Shown: positions 1 through 9,542 of the stretch, one piece after another
How the letters are laid out: each line of letters opens with the position of its first letter
Position numbering within the stretch: position 1 is the stretch's first letter
Virus record (IMG/VR): IMGVR_UViG_3300008262_000052
Direction: 5' to 3' (one strand)
DNA length: 64,000 nucleotides
From: a virus
Taxonomy: Duplodnaviria; Heunggongvirae; Uroviricota; Caudoviricetes
Position numbers and translations under genes: made by a program
The notes under the pieces: generated by a model
Told to the model about the DNA's origin: nothing
Database searches by the model: none
The model's input: the letters and a program-made list of their open reading frames with translations, nothing else

Positions 1-93
1 ATCTAGTCCCAGAAGTAAATGAAATAGAAGGTTTCGACGACCCATATAGCAATGTTGCTCCTTATATGATGAGCCCGTATTACGACGAAGACA

Positions 94-807
94 TTGCCGA
101 AGTCACTAACTGGGGATCTGATAGTGACACTAATAGTTAATAAGTTTGAATACACAAAGATTCCTAGAACAGAAGTAGAAGGCAAACGAAGATACTTGAC
201 TCCTGACGGTAGTGCTGTTGCCAGCGTTACTACTATCCTTGGCGAAACCAAAGATCAAACACACTTGATTGAATGGCGCAAACGGGTAGGTGAGACCAAA
301 GCAAAAGAAATTACCACAGAGGCTGCGGGCGTAGGAACTCGTATGCACAAGTATCTCGAAGACTATATTGCTACAGGTGAGTGGCCATCGGCAGGAACAA
401 ATCCGTATGCACAAAAAGCACACGCAATGGCTACTCGTATACGAGTTCATGCACTGGATGATGTAACTGAAATATGGGGCAGCGAAGTGCCTCTGTACAT
501 GCCAAGTTTGTATGCAGGAACAACTGACTTGGTTGGTGTATACAAAGGCAATGCCTGTATTATGGACTTTAAACAAAGCAACAAAGTTAAGAAGAAAGAG
601 TGGATTGAAGACTACTATCTTCAAATGACGGCATATGCACTTGCTCACAACGAAATACACGGGACTAATATACGTGAAGGTCATGTGTTCATGTGTACCA
701 GAGACGAGCAGTATTTGCAATTTGACTTGTGGCCGGACGAGTTTGACGAGTGGTCAAACCGATGGTGGGATCGAGTATACTCCTATTACGAAAAGTACGC
801 TAAATAA
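94..807 (+). CDS. PD-(D/E)XK-type nuclease-like protein
   Basis: N-terminal RYLTPDGSAVASVTTIL block typical of phage RecB/Cas4-like exonucleases. D...DFK (D-x-K) core around TDLVGVYKGNACIMDFKQS. No C-terminal Cys cluster. Confidence 0.5.
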   Translation: MPKSLTGDLIVTLIVNKFEYTKIPRTEVEGKRRYLTPDGSAVASVTTILGETKDQTHLIEWRKRVGETKAKEITTEAAGVGTRMHKYLEDYIATGEWPSAGTNPYAQKAHAMATRIRVHALDDVTEIWGSEVPLYMPSLYAGTTDLVGVYKGNACIMDFKQSNKVKKKEWIEDYYLQMTAYALAHNEIHGTNIREGHVFMCTRDEQYLQFDLWPDEFDEWSNRWWDRVYSYYEKYAK

Positions 808-830
808 TAAAAAGCGTAGGAGTAACGATC

Positions 831-2414
831 GTGGCAATTGTTCAAATCAGCCGAATTCAGCACCGTAGAGGTAGAGGTAACCCACCACAACTAGCATCTG
901 GTGAAATTGCATGGAGCATTGACAACCAACGTCTATACATTGGTAATGGTGCAGTCAGTGAAGGTGCTCCATATGTGGGCAATACCGAACTATTAACTGA
1001 ACACAGCAACATATTTGAACTAGCAGATCAGTACTCATACAAATCCGATAACAACATTTGGGGTATAAATGTTCCAGTATCAAGAAGTCTACAAGACAGA
1101 CTAGACGAAACTGTTAGTGTGTTTTCTTTTGGTGCAACTGGCAATGGATCAGATCAAACAGACGAAATACAATTGGCCATTGATACTCTATTTTTAAACA
1201 GCAGTACAGAGAATAGAGTTATACTTTGGTTTCCAGCAGGTGTATATGTGGTATCCAGTACTATTGAAGTACCTCCGTATGCTGTTATCAGAGGTGCAGG
1301 CAAAGAAAAAACAATATTTAGATCCAGCACCGCAGACGTATTTAAAACTGTACACTACAATCCTGCGGACCCAACTGAAACAATTGACGAAGTTAGTGAT
1401 GAGTATCTAGCCAAGTATGTAGAAATTTCTGATTGCTCAATCGAAGTAAACAGTTTAACTAAAAAAGGTATGATTGTAGACTCGTGCCAACGCAGCATTT
1501 TTAAGAATTTGAAAATCAAAGGTTTTTGGACATTTGGTGATGTAGCAGATATACATAGAGCAATTGATATTATTTCTTACTCTGATGTAAAACTATCAGA
1601 AAATAACGTATTTGATGGAATAGAGATTGACAATTTCAACTACGGCATTTATAGTGATTACTACATTAAAAATAATACATTTAGAAATTTACGTTTAGAA
1701 TCAATGCTCAAAGGAATCGCTTTCGGAACAGATACTTCAATTGGATTGTTGGGTATGTCAGACGGCCCATCCTACAATTTGATTGAAGGTTCTTTCTTTG
1801 ATAGAATTGACGAAGAAGCTATCTTCGTCAGAGAAGGCAACTACAATCTAAGTACTAATAATAAATTCTTTAACGTAGGTAATGATCAAGCCAACACTTC
1901 AAGATCGCCTGTGATTAGATTTACCACAGACACAAACTTGAGTAGTTCAGACTTCTTTGAACGCACACAAAATAAAACCGTAGCAGGTCCTGCTGATAGT
2001 GCTGCTACAAAGTTTTATACTCCTGAAGTACTAGGTAGAATAAACTACAGCAATCTCTACGGTAACAATACTACAATTGGTTTGCTAGCAACAAGCACGT
2101 CAATACTAAAGTTTCCTGTGGTAGACAATGGAACAATCTTTGTTGACTATGTGTATACAGAAGACTCAGAAGACATTGTTAGAGAAGGTACAATTGAGTT
2201 GGTAATTAATCTATCCAATAACAGCGTAGTTTTAAACGACAATTATAATTTCATGGGCGACAGCGGTTATGCATCATCGTTGGTGTTCTCTGCCGCTTTA
2301 GAAACTGTTACAGTACCTAGTGCAGCAACTACTACTATCGTTAACTTATCGGCAGTTAATAGTATTCCGGTAAGCAACGACAATCTTTATTACACAATAA
2401 GAGTCAAGTCATAA
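831..2414 (+). CDS. tail-fibre / beta-helix-like structural protein with Mtd_N-like N-terminus
   Basis: N-terminal ISRIQHRRG...LASGEIAWSIDNQRLYIGNG resembles the conserved N-terminal motif of phage fibre / tropism-determinant proteins. The long Asn/Ser/Thr-rich body suggests a beta-helix. Immediately upstream of nrdA. Confidence 0.35.
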   Translation: MAIVQISRIQHRRGRGNPPQLASGEIAWSIDNQRLYIGNGAVSEGAPYVGNTELLTEHSNIFELADQYSYKSDNNIWGINVPVSRSLQDRLDETVSVFSFGATGNGSDQTDEIQLAIDTLFLNSSTENRVILWFPAGVYVVSSTIEVPPYAVIRGAGKEKTIFRSSTADVFKTVHYNPADPTETIDEVSDEYLAKYVEISDCSIEVNSLTKKGMIVDSCQRSIFKNLKIKGFWTFGDVADIHRAIDIISYSDVKLSENNVFDGIEIDNFNYGIYSDYYIKNNTFRNLRLESMLKGIAFGTDTSIGLLGMSDGPSYNLIEGSFFDRIDEEAIFVREGNYNLSTNNKFFNVGNDQANTSRSPVIRFTTDTNLSSSDFFERTQNKTVAGPADSAATKFYTPEVLGRINYSNLYGNNTTIGLLATSTSILKFPVVDNGTIFVDYVYTEDSEDIVREGTIELVINLSNNSVVLNDNYNFMGDSGYASSLVFSAALETVTVPSAATTTIVNLSAVNSIPVSNDNLYYTIRVKS

Positions 2415-2417
2415 CAT

Positions 2418-2843
2418 ATGTTTGATAAAAAATACGAAGACAGGTTAAGAGCCTGGGTTGATCTTAGAAGTCAACTGGAAACTTCTCACACACCGTTGCA
2501 AGATGCTATTGATTTTTATAATCGAGCACCGTTGGTGACCATATCCGTTGATCCCTACGACGAAGAATCGTGGTTGGATCCTTGGACTCTAATCTATGAA
2601 AATACCTACTGCGAGTTTGCATGTTTATTAGGTATTGCCTATAGTTTGCAGTTAACTACACGCTTTTCCCAGTGTCAGTTTGAGATACATATCTGTACCA
2701 ATAAGGAAATGTCAGAAGTGAAATACCTGCTTTATATTGACAACGACGTAATTGGCTATCTTAGAGATAGAGCGGTAGATGCTGAATCTATACCCAAAAA
2801 TTTAAAGATCGAGAAAAAATATTGCTTGCCACCCTTGCAATAA
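2418..2843 (+). CDS. hypothetical protein
   Basis: ORF tightly packed after the previous gene. No recognisable motif. Confidence 0.4.
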   Translation: MFDKKYEDRLRAWVDLRSQLETSHTPLQDAIDFYNRAPLVTISVDPYDEESWLDPWTLIYENTYCEFACLLGIAYSLQLTTRFSQCQFEIHICTNKEMSEVKYLLYIDNDVIGYLRDRAVDAESIPKNLKIEKKYCLPPLQ

Positions 2844-2889
2844 ATATCTGTCCAAACCTAAACATTTGATAAAGAGGAAACAATAAAAA

Positions 2890-5196
2890 ATGATTCAAGT
2901 TACGAAACGCAATGGGAAAAAAGAACCCCTTGACATAGAAAAGTTACACAAAGTAGTATTTCATGCCTGCGAAGGCATCACAGGGGTTAGTCCAAGCGAA
3001 GTAGAAATCAAGAGTCAAATCCAATTCTATAACGGCATCAAGACCGACGACATTCAAGAAACATTAATCAAGGCAGCAGCAGATCTTATCTCAGAAGAAA
3101 CTCCAAATTATCAATATGTAGGTGGCAGACTAATCAACTATGGTTTACGCAAAGAAGTATACGGACAATACACACCTTGCACAGTTAAAGAACTAGTAAT
3201 TCGTAACATTGAAAACGGCTTTTATGATCCTGATCTAATCAACTACTACAACGAAGACGAATGGGAGAAAATCAACAGTTTCGTCAAACACGACAGAGAC
3301 GAGGACCTAACCTACGTTGCAATGGAACAACTAAGAGGCAAGTACCTAGTACAGAATCGTGTATCCGGCGAGATATTCGAAACTCCGCAGATGTGCTATA
3401 TTTTAATTGCTGCAACACTGTTCCAGAGTTATTCAAAAGAAACAAGACTACAATGGGTCAAAGATTATTATGATGCTATTAGTCTTCACGACATTAGCCT
3501 ACCTACTCCTGTTATGGCCGGTGTTCGTACTCCGCAAAGACAGTTTAGTAGTTGTGTCCTTATTGAGTCTGATGATAGCCTCGACAGTATCAATGCTACT
3601 ACCAGTGCCATTGTTAAATATGTAAGTCAAAAAGCAGGCATTGGCATCGGCGGCGGCAAGATACGTGCTATTGGTTCGCCAGTTCGCAGAGGCGATGCAT
3701 ATCACACAGGCATTATTCCTTTCTATAAAATGTTCCAAGCAGCCGTTAAAAGTTGCAGCCAAGGTGGCGTCAGAGGTGGTGCAGCAACTATCTACTATCC
3801 ACTGTGGCATCTCGAAGTAGAAGAACTGCTGGTTCTAAAGAATAACAAGGGCACAGAAGAAACTCGTGTACGCCACATGGACTACGGTGTACAGTTTAAT
3901 AAACTGATGTACGAACGCCTAATCACCGGCGGTAATATTACTCTGTTTTCTCCAAGCGATGTTCCTGGCTTGTATGATGCGTTCTTTGCAGATCAAGCAC
4001 GGTTTAGAGAACTGTATGAAGCAGCAGAACGCAATCCAAAGATACGTAAAAAAACTGTAACAGCACTTGAAATATTTGGCTCATTCATGGAAGAGCGCAA
4101 ATCAACAGGCCGTATCTATTTACAAAACGTGGACAATGCAAACGATCACGGCAGTTTCTTGCCTGAACTTGCACCTATTCGTCAAAGCAATCTCTGTGCA
4201 GAAATTGACTTGCCAACCAAGCCATTAAGTGATCTAAACGATGCGGAAGGTGAAATCAGCCTTTGCACCCTTTCCGCCATTAATTGGGGTAACATTCGTA
4301 CACCTGCAGACTTCAAGCGTGTCTGCACACTGGCAGTTAGAGGTCTTGATGCACTGCTATCCTATCAAGACTATCCAGTTCTTGCAGCAAGATTGTCAAC
4401 TGAAAAGCGCCGTCCGCTAGGTGTTGGCATTATCAACTTTGCATACTGGATGGCCAAGCATGGACTTAGTTATCAACATATAGATGCAGAAGGACTTGCA
4501 CTGATTGACGAGTGGGCAGAAGCCTGGAGTTACTATTTGATTAAAGCCAGTGCTGATCTAGCAACGGAACAGGGTGCCCCTAGCGGCAACTTAGAAACCA
4601 AGTACGGACACGGCATCACACCTAACCAAACCTACAAGAAGGATGTTGACGATCTTGTGCCACACGTTGAACGCATGGACTGGGCAGAACTTCGCAAACA
4701 GTTGAAAGAAACTGGCATTCGCAACAGTACACTGATGGCATTGATGCCCAGCGAAACTTCAGCACAGATTGCAAATGCTACAAACGGAATTGAGCCGCCA
4801 CGTGCATATATCAGTGTTAAGCAAAGCAAGCACGGCGTACTAAAGCAGGTTGTTCCTGAATACAAGCGTCTAAAGAACAAGTACGATCTACTATGGGATC
4901 AAAAGTCACCAGAAGGTTATCTAAAGATCATGTCAGTGTTGCAAAAATACATTGACCAAGGCATTAGTGTTAATACCAGTTACAATCCAATCTACTTTGA
5001 AGATGAAAAGATTCCTATGAGTGTGATGCTACAGCACATGGTAATGTTCTACAAATACGGCGGCAAGCAGTTGTATTACTTCAACACCAACGACGGCGCT
5101 GGCGAACTAGACGTAGCCAAGATGGTCAAAGAAGACGCATTTGAGCCCGAAATACAAATCAGTGACGAAGCCGCTTGTGAAAGTTGCACAATTTAA
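2890..5196 (+). CDS. nrdA: ribonucleoside-diphosphate reductase alpha subunit (class Ia)
   Basis: ATP-cone N-terminus (VTKRNGKKEPLDIEKLHKVV). Active-site SNLCAEI. C-terminal CESC redox pair. Length 768 aa. RBS AGGAAA upstream. Confidence 0.95.
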   Translation: MIQVTKRNGKKEPLDIEKLHKVVFHACEGITGVSPSEVEIKSQIQFYNGIKTDDIQETLIKAAADLISEETPNYQYVGGRLINYGLRKEVYGQYTPCTVKELVIRNIENGFYDPDLINYYNEDEWEKINSFVKHDRDEDLTYVAMEQLRGKYLVQNRVSGEIFETPQMCYILIAATLFQSYSKETRLQWVKDYYDAISLHDISLPTPVMAGVRTPQRQFSSCVLIESDDSLDSINATTSAIVKYVSQKAGIGIGGGKIRAIGSPVRRGDAYHTGIIPFYKMFQAAVKSCSQGGVRGGAATIYYPLWHLEVEELLVLKNNKGTEETRVRHMDYGVQFNKLMYERLITGGNITLFSPSDVPGLYDAFFADQARFRELYEAAERNPKIRKKTVTALEIFGSFMEERKSTGRIYLQNVDNANDHGSFLPELAPIRQSNLCAEIDLPTKPLSDLNDAEGEISLCTLSAINWGNIRTPADFKRVCTLAVRGLDALLSYQDYPVLAARLSTEKRRPLGVGIINFAYWMAKHGLSYQHIDAEGLALIDEWAEAWSYYLIKASADLATEQGAPSGNLETKYGHGITPNQTYKKDVDDLVPHVERMDWAELRKQLKETGIRNSTLMALMPSETSAQIANATNGIEPPRAYISVKQSKHGVLKQVVPEYKRLKNKYDLLWDQKSPEGYLKIMSVLQKYIDQGISVNTSYNPIYFEDEKIPMSVMLQHMVMFYKYGGKQLYYFNTNDGAGELDVAKMVKEDAFEPEIQISDEAACESCTI

Positions 5197-5251
5197 TTGA
5201 CAGAGCCCGAGGGCTCTGTTACACTCTTATAGCATTTAACAAAGGATAAAA

Positions 5252-6382
5252 ATGAGCAGCGTATTTGATTTAGAAAACCGTGCAGATCATACACAGGTAA
5301 TGGCATTTCTCGACCCAACAGGTGGTCCTACTATCCAGCGTTATGACACGCTGAAGTACAAACAGTTTGATCAACTCACTGATAAACAACTTGGTTTCTT
5401 TTGGCGTCCTGAAGAGATCGACGTTTACAAAGACGCAACAGACTTCAAGGCTCTAACAGCACATGAACAACATATTTTTACCAGCAATCTAAAGCGTCAA
5501 ATTCTACTTGATAGTGTACAAGGTCGTGCTCCTGTAGAAGCATTTAGTCCTATTGTAAGTTTGCCAGAACTTGAAAACTGGATCCTGACTTGGACATTTT
5601 CTGAATCAATTCACAGCCGCAGTTATACACACATCATTCGCAACGTCTATGCCAATCCGAGCAAGATCTTTGACGAGATGATGGACATTGAAGAAATTAT
5701 CGATTGTGCAGAAGATATCAGCAAAAATTATGACGAACTGATTGAACTTGCAACTTGGTATAATTTGCTTGGCGCAGGCACTCACACAGTTAACGGTAAA
5801 GAAGTTGCAGTTGAGTTGTACGAACTAAAGAAGAAACTATGGCTTGCACTGATGAGTGTTAACATTCTAGAAGGTGTTCGCTTCTATGTTAGTTTTGCTT
5901 GTTCGTGGGCATTTGCTGAACTGAAGAAGATGGAAGGCAATGCTAAAATCATCAAATTTATTGCACGTGATGAGAACCTGCATCTTGCATCAACGCAGAT
6001 GCTGCTAAAACTATTGCAAAAAGACGATCCTGATTACGCCAAGATTGCAAAAGAAACAGAAGCAGATTCTATCAAGATGTTTGTTGATGCAGTTGATCAA
6101 GAAAAAACTTGGGCAGACTATCTGTTCAAAGGTGGCAGTATGATTGGTCTCAACACTCAACTGCTAACTGAATACATCGAGTGGATTGCTACCAAGCGTA
6201 TGAACATGGTTGGTCTCAAGAGCCCTTACACTGTAAAGAACAATCCATTGCCGTGGACACAAAAATGGATTTCCGGTTCGGAAGTTCAAGTTGCGCCACA
6301 AGAAACTGAGATCAGTTCATACACTGTGGGCGCTATCAAACAGGATGTAGGCACAGATACATTTAAAGGATTATCATTATGA
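5252..6382 (+). CDS. nrdB: ribonucleoside-diphosphate reductase beta subunit
   Basis: FFWRPEEIDV and a ferritin-like di-iron fold signature. 376 aa, directly downstream of nrdA. Confidence 0.93.
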   Translation: MSSVFDLENRADHTQVMAFLDPTGGPTIQRYDTLKYKQFDQLTDKQLGFFWRPEEIDVYKDATDFKALTAHEQHIFTSNLKRQILLDSVQGRAPVEAFSPIVSLPELENWILTWTFSESIHSRSYTHIIRNVYANPSKIFDEMMDIEEIIDCAEDISKNYDELIELATWYNLLGAGTHTVNGKEVAVELYELKKKLWLALMSVNILEGVRFYVSFACSWAFAELKKMEGNAKIIKFIARDENLHLASTQMLLKLLQKDDPDYAKIAKETEADSIKMFVDAVDQEKTWADYLFKGGSMIGLNTQLLTEYIEWIATKRMNMVGLKSPYTVKNNPLPWTQKWISGSEVQVAPQETEISSYTVGAIKQDVGTDTFKGLSL

Positions 6383-6630
6383 GCGAAACTATTGTATGGA
6401 GCAAGGACAACTGCCCCTATTGCGTTAAAGCAAAGCGTATGCTTGATGGTAAAGGTATACGCTACGAAGAAAGAAATATTACTGCTGGGCCTTGGACCAA
6501 GGAACAGTTGTTAGAAGCAGCACCTAATGCTAGAACTGTTCCACAAATTTTCCTACATGGAAATTACATTGGCGGATCAGACGCACTGGAAAAATACTTT
6601 GAAGATCATGACATGTGGAGAAACGATTAA
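6379..6630 (+). CDS. grx: glutaredoxin (T4 NrdC-like)
   Basis: CPYC active-site motif (DNCPYCVKAKRML). 83 aa. ATGA overlap with nrdB. Confidence 0.85.
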   Translation: MSETIVWSKDNCPYCVKAKRMLDGKGIRYEERNITAGPWTKEQLLEAAPNARTVPQIFLHGNYIGGSDALEKYFEDHDMWRND

Positions 6631-6920
6631 TGCTTATTGAAGCACCAATGAAGGACGGCGATACCGTTACTATTAAAACATTCAACGGCGATGAACTGAT
6701 TGCTAGACTTGTTGAAACCAAAACAAATACCTATGTGGTGTCCAAGCCATTGGCAATTATGGCAACACAGCAAGGACTGGGTCTAGGTCCTTACACATTT
6801 ACAGTTAATCCAGATTCCAAGATCGAGATTAACAAAAATGCAGTGATCTTTATTGCTAAGACTGACAGCGAAATGGCCAAGCAGTATATCAGCAGTACCA
6901 GCGGCATTAAGATGATATAA
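6615..6920 (+). CDS. hypothetical protein
   Basis: ORF overlapping the glutaredoxin stop. No motif recognised. Confidence 0.4.
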   Translation: MEKRLMLIEAPMKDGDTVTIKTFNGDELIARLVETKTNTYVVSKPLAIMATQQGLGLGPYTFTVNPDSKIEINKNAVIFIAKTDSEMAKQYISSTSGIKMI

Positions 6921-6929
6921 GGAGTTATT

Positions 6930-7220
6930 ATGGCAGAGTTGTGGGCAGTCGAAGGAGATCAAAATTCACACGGCGGCGGCGAGTTAAATGCCGACGGAGA
7001 TTCTAGTCCGCAAACTGTTAAAATAAACGGTAAACCTATTATAGTACACGAAAGCACAGCAGAACCAGATGGCTTCTTACATCCTGTGCCACCAACTGAC
7101 ACTGCCGAAGGATCCGGAACTGTTTTTTGTTACGGTGCACCTGTACACCGAAATGGTGATTTACGTAAATGTGGAGCAACTACAGTTGTAACAGGTCAGT
7201 CTACGGTCAAGGTTGGTTGA
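6930..7220 (+). CDS. PAAR-like small beta-rich protein (possible baseplate spike tip)
   Basis: 96 aa, Gly/His rich (NSHGGGE...CYGAPVHRNGDLRKCGATTVV), reminiscent of T4 gp5.4/PAAR proteins. RBS GGAG upstream. Confidence 0.35.
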   Translation: MAELWAVEGDQNSHGGGELNADGDSSPQTVKINGKPIIVHESTAEPDGFLHPVPPTDTAEGSGTVFCYGAPVHRNGDLRKCGATTVVTGQSTVKVG

Positions 7221-7245
7221 CAAACCTTAAAGTTACTGCTATAGT
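7217..7245 (+). promoter_or_regulatory. sigma70-like promoter TTGACA-N17-TATAGT
   Basis: TTGACA at 7217-7222, 17 nt spacer, TATAGT at 7240-7245, about 25 nt upstream of the 7269 gene. Confidence 0.6.
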
Positions 7246-7268
7246 AAGTTGTGAAACAAAGGTGAAAC

Positions 7269-7838
7269 ATGAAAAAGATTCTAACGGACTGTGACGGCGT
7301 GTTGCTGGACTGGGAAGGTCCATTCCACGAGTGGATGATTAAAAAAGGCTATACCAAGATCAAGCACGGTATCTACAACCTTGCTGAAGCATACGGTATC
7401 CCCAAAGAAGACAAGCATGACGTTGTACGTGAATTCAACGAAAGTGCTTGGATGTGTTGCTTGCCAGTGCTGCGAGATGCAGACACAGGTGTTGCTCGAT
7501 TGTTTGCAGAGGGCTACCGCTTTGACGTAATTACCAGTTTGAGCCTCGATCCATATGCCAAAGAACTGCGTTGGATCAACCTTAACCGTACTATCGGCAG
7601 TGCTGCGTTTGACGATCTCATCTGCCTTGATACTGGTGCAGACAAAGATGACGCCTTAGACAAGTACGAGCAGGGACATTGGTGGATCGAAGACAAACCA
7701 GAAAACTGCGACACTGGTTTGAAATACGGTCACCGTCCAATCCTTATTGATCATCCACACAATCAATGGTATCAAAACCCAGCGGTTGTTCGCGTAAACA
7801 ACTGGCAAGAAGTATGTGAGGTAATTCTCGGTGAGTGA
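7269..7838 (+). CDS. HAD-family 5'(3')-deoxyribonucleotidase-like protein
   Basis: N-terminal DCDGVLLDW (HAD motif I DxDxV). Size and pattern like the NT5C family. Confidence 0.55.
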   Translation: MKKILTDCDGVLLDWEGPFHEWMIKKGYTKIKHGIYNLAEAYGIPKEDKHDVVREFNESAWMCCLPVLRDADTGVARLFAEGYRFDVITSLSLDPYAKELRWINLNRTIGSAAFDDLICLDTGADKDDALDKYEQGHWWIEDKPENCDTGLKYGHRPILIDHPHNQWYQNPAVVRVNNWQEVCEVILGE

Positions 7839-8010
7839 CACGCACGAACAGTTAAAACTTGCCTTTGCTATCTATTTGCAGGAAACTGAAAAGTTCGAGC
7901 AAAAAGGTGTAAAGGCGAGTGCTGTTCGAGCAAGACAAGCACTACACGAAATGAAGGATCTAATCATTCAACGTCGCAAAGAGATACAAGAAAAGAAAAC
8001 TGACCTATAA
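7831..8010 (+). CDS. small basic protein (59 aa, GTG start)
   Basis: GTG overlapping the upstream stop (GGTGAGTGA). Lys/Arg-rich C-terminus KDLIIQRRKEIQEKK. Below the ORF-track cutoff. Confidence 0.25.
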   Translation: MSDTHEQLKLAFAIYLQETEKFEQKGVKASAVRARQALHEMKDLIIQRRKEIQEKKTDL

Positions 8011-8030
8011 TAAATACACTATAGAGGTAA

Positions 8031-8306
8031 ATGACGATGGATACACTTAACGATTTAAAAAAATATATTCAAGTTGAATACGGAGTTGAGCCCACTCAAT
8101 TTGACGGCAAAGTGTTGCGTTATCGTGCAATTTCCTTTGAACGCAACCTACCCAGTATTATGGTGCAGAATCAAAAAGTCAGCGATATGTGGACCGTGAA
8201 ACGTACTGGACACAGCATTGACTATTTCCGCACTGAAGAATTAAAATTGGCAGTAAATCCTGGCGGTAGTTTGCTATACTTTTTTATGCCCAAATCGAGG
8301 ATTTAA
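8031..8306 (+). CDS. hypothetical protein
   Basis: ORF with AGAGG RBS. No motif. Confidence 0.45.
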   Translation: MTMDTLNDLKKYIQVEYGVEPTQFDGKVLRYRAISFERNLPSIMVQNQKVSDMWTVKRTGHSIDYFRTEELKLAVNPGGSLLYFFMPKSRI

Positions 8307-8638
8307 TGGACAAAGAAAACATTGATTACCTTTACGGAATTGCACGTAAGGTAACGTTTTATTATAATGTAAGAAAAAAAGCAATTTCATACTTGCTCAA
8401 TAATAAAATCAACAGTAAGGATCTATCAGTTAACGTACTGTTAATGTCTGCAATTTGGGCTGCACATCAATTAAACGATGATTTAACAGAAGAAAACCTG
8501 CTGGTAAATTTTGGTTTAATTGCCAAGGACGATGCTGAATTTAGCAATACAATAATGCGACTGCACCCGGAACAGCATCACTTGACTCTTGAAGAAATTC
8601 TAGACATCATGGTGGAACGTTCCAGAAAAAACACTTGA
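8306..8638 (+). CDS. hypothetical protein
   Basis: ATGA-coupled to the previous ORF. Confidence 0.45.
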   Translation: MDKENIDYLYGIARKVTFYYNVRKKAISYLLNNKINSKDLSVNVLLMSAIWAAHQLNDDLTEENLLVNFGLIAKDDAEFSNTIMRLHPEQHHLTLEEILDIMVERSRKNT

Positions 8639-8685
8639 CAGATATCTATTGTATGCTATAACTCAATAGCAACACGGAGCAAGCA

Positions 8686-8925
8686 ATGAAAAAGTTTTCT
8701 AAACGCTACTACAAGCCCGAAGGTTGGGGACCGTTTAAAAACTCTTTGCTGCTTGGTTTAGAATGGACTGCCAAAGGCAGCAAAAACAACACATATTCCA
8801 TTACAGTTACTGAAAACGGATTCGAGTGCAGTTGCACTGGATTTACTTTCTATGGAAAATGCAAACACGTCACAGAAATTTTAGAAAGGTTTGACAATGA
8901 ACACAATCGGTCGTATGCACCATAA
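8686..8925 (+). CDS. SWIM zinc-finger small protein
   Basis: CSCTGFTFYGKCKH matches the SWIM CxCx(n)CxH pattern. Confidence 0.45.
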   Translation: MKKFSKRYYKPEGWGPFKNSLLLGLEWTAKGSKNNTYSITVTENGFECSCTGFTFYGKCKHVTEILERFDNEHNRSYAP

Positions 8926-9109
8926 TACTCCAAAGGAACTAATTGAGGAGTTTCTCAACCGAGGCGGCAAAGTTAAAGTTTGTTCAACAGGTGAAAGAAC
9001 AGAAGAAATTGAATATACTTCTGGATTCTACGGCAGAAAGAAAAAAAAGGTCGTTGTTGAAGATGTTGAAATTGAAGTTGAAGTTGAAGTCAGCGATGAC
9101 GAAAGTTAA
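8891..9109 (+). CDS. hypothetical acidic-tail protein
   Basis: Overlaps the upstream gene. C-terminus VEDVEIEVEVEVSDDES is encoded by a GAAGTT tandem repeat. Confidence 0.35.
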   Translation: MTMNTIGRMHHNTPKELIEEFLNRGGKVKVCSTGERTEEIEYTSGFYGRKKKKVVVEDVEIEVEVEVSDDES

Positions 9110-9305
9110 AGCACATCTAGTAGATGTGGACTGGCCAATCAAAATTAGCAATCCTTGCAGAGAAATCGCCCTTCCTGTATTGATGCGACCCATTGACATT
9201 ACATACCTACGGTTAAAAGGCATTGGTGTTTATGATTACACCGAAAGCCTAGAAATGGAAGATGAGTGGGTGGATCTTGAATCCTGCTACTCTTTTGGGA
9301 ATTAA
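9096..9305 (+). CDS. hypothetical protein
   Basis: Internal ATG of ORF 8943-9305, placed so that it overlaps the previous stop (GATGACGAAAGTTAA). Confidence 0.3.
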   Translation: MTKVKAHLVDVDWPIKISNPCREIALPVLMRPIDITYLRLKGIGVYDYTESLEMEDEWVDLESCYSFGN

Positions 9306-9319
9306 AAAATAAATACTCT

Positions 9320-9511
9320 GTGACAGCATACGAACACAAAGAAGCCAATAGATATTATTGGATTGTCAAAGGACACCTGATTCCAGATGCATGGAGTGAA
9401 AAAGACATCATGAGTGTGTACAACGGTTACTTTGAACGTATCTGGGGTAATCATGAAAACGTTGTTCACGAAGACGGGTTCGAAGAAGCATGGAGCAAAA
9501 AAACATGGTAA
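9320..9511 (+). CDS. hypothetical protein
   Basis: Last AT-rich ORF before the GC-rich island. Confidence 0.35.
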   Translation: MTAYEHKEANRYYWIVKGHLIPDAWSEKDIMSVYNGYFERIWGNHENVVHEDGFEEAWSKKTW

Positions 9512-9542
9512 GCACTCAAATAGCCCAGATGGACGCCGCCGA

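Noticed and set aside
3-251. Minus-strand ORF 3-251 at the window start.
   Set aside because: It overlaps the better-supported plus-strand nuclease gene and has no start context.
3261-4880. Internal ORFs within nrdA (3261-3473, 3407-3625, 3499-3810 minus, 4632-4880 minus), and similar nested ORFs in other large genes.
   Set aside because: Nested in a strongly supported long CDS. No independent signals.
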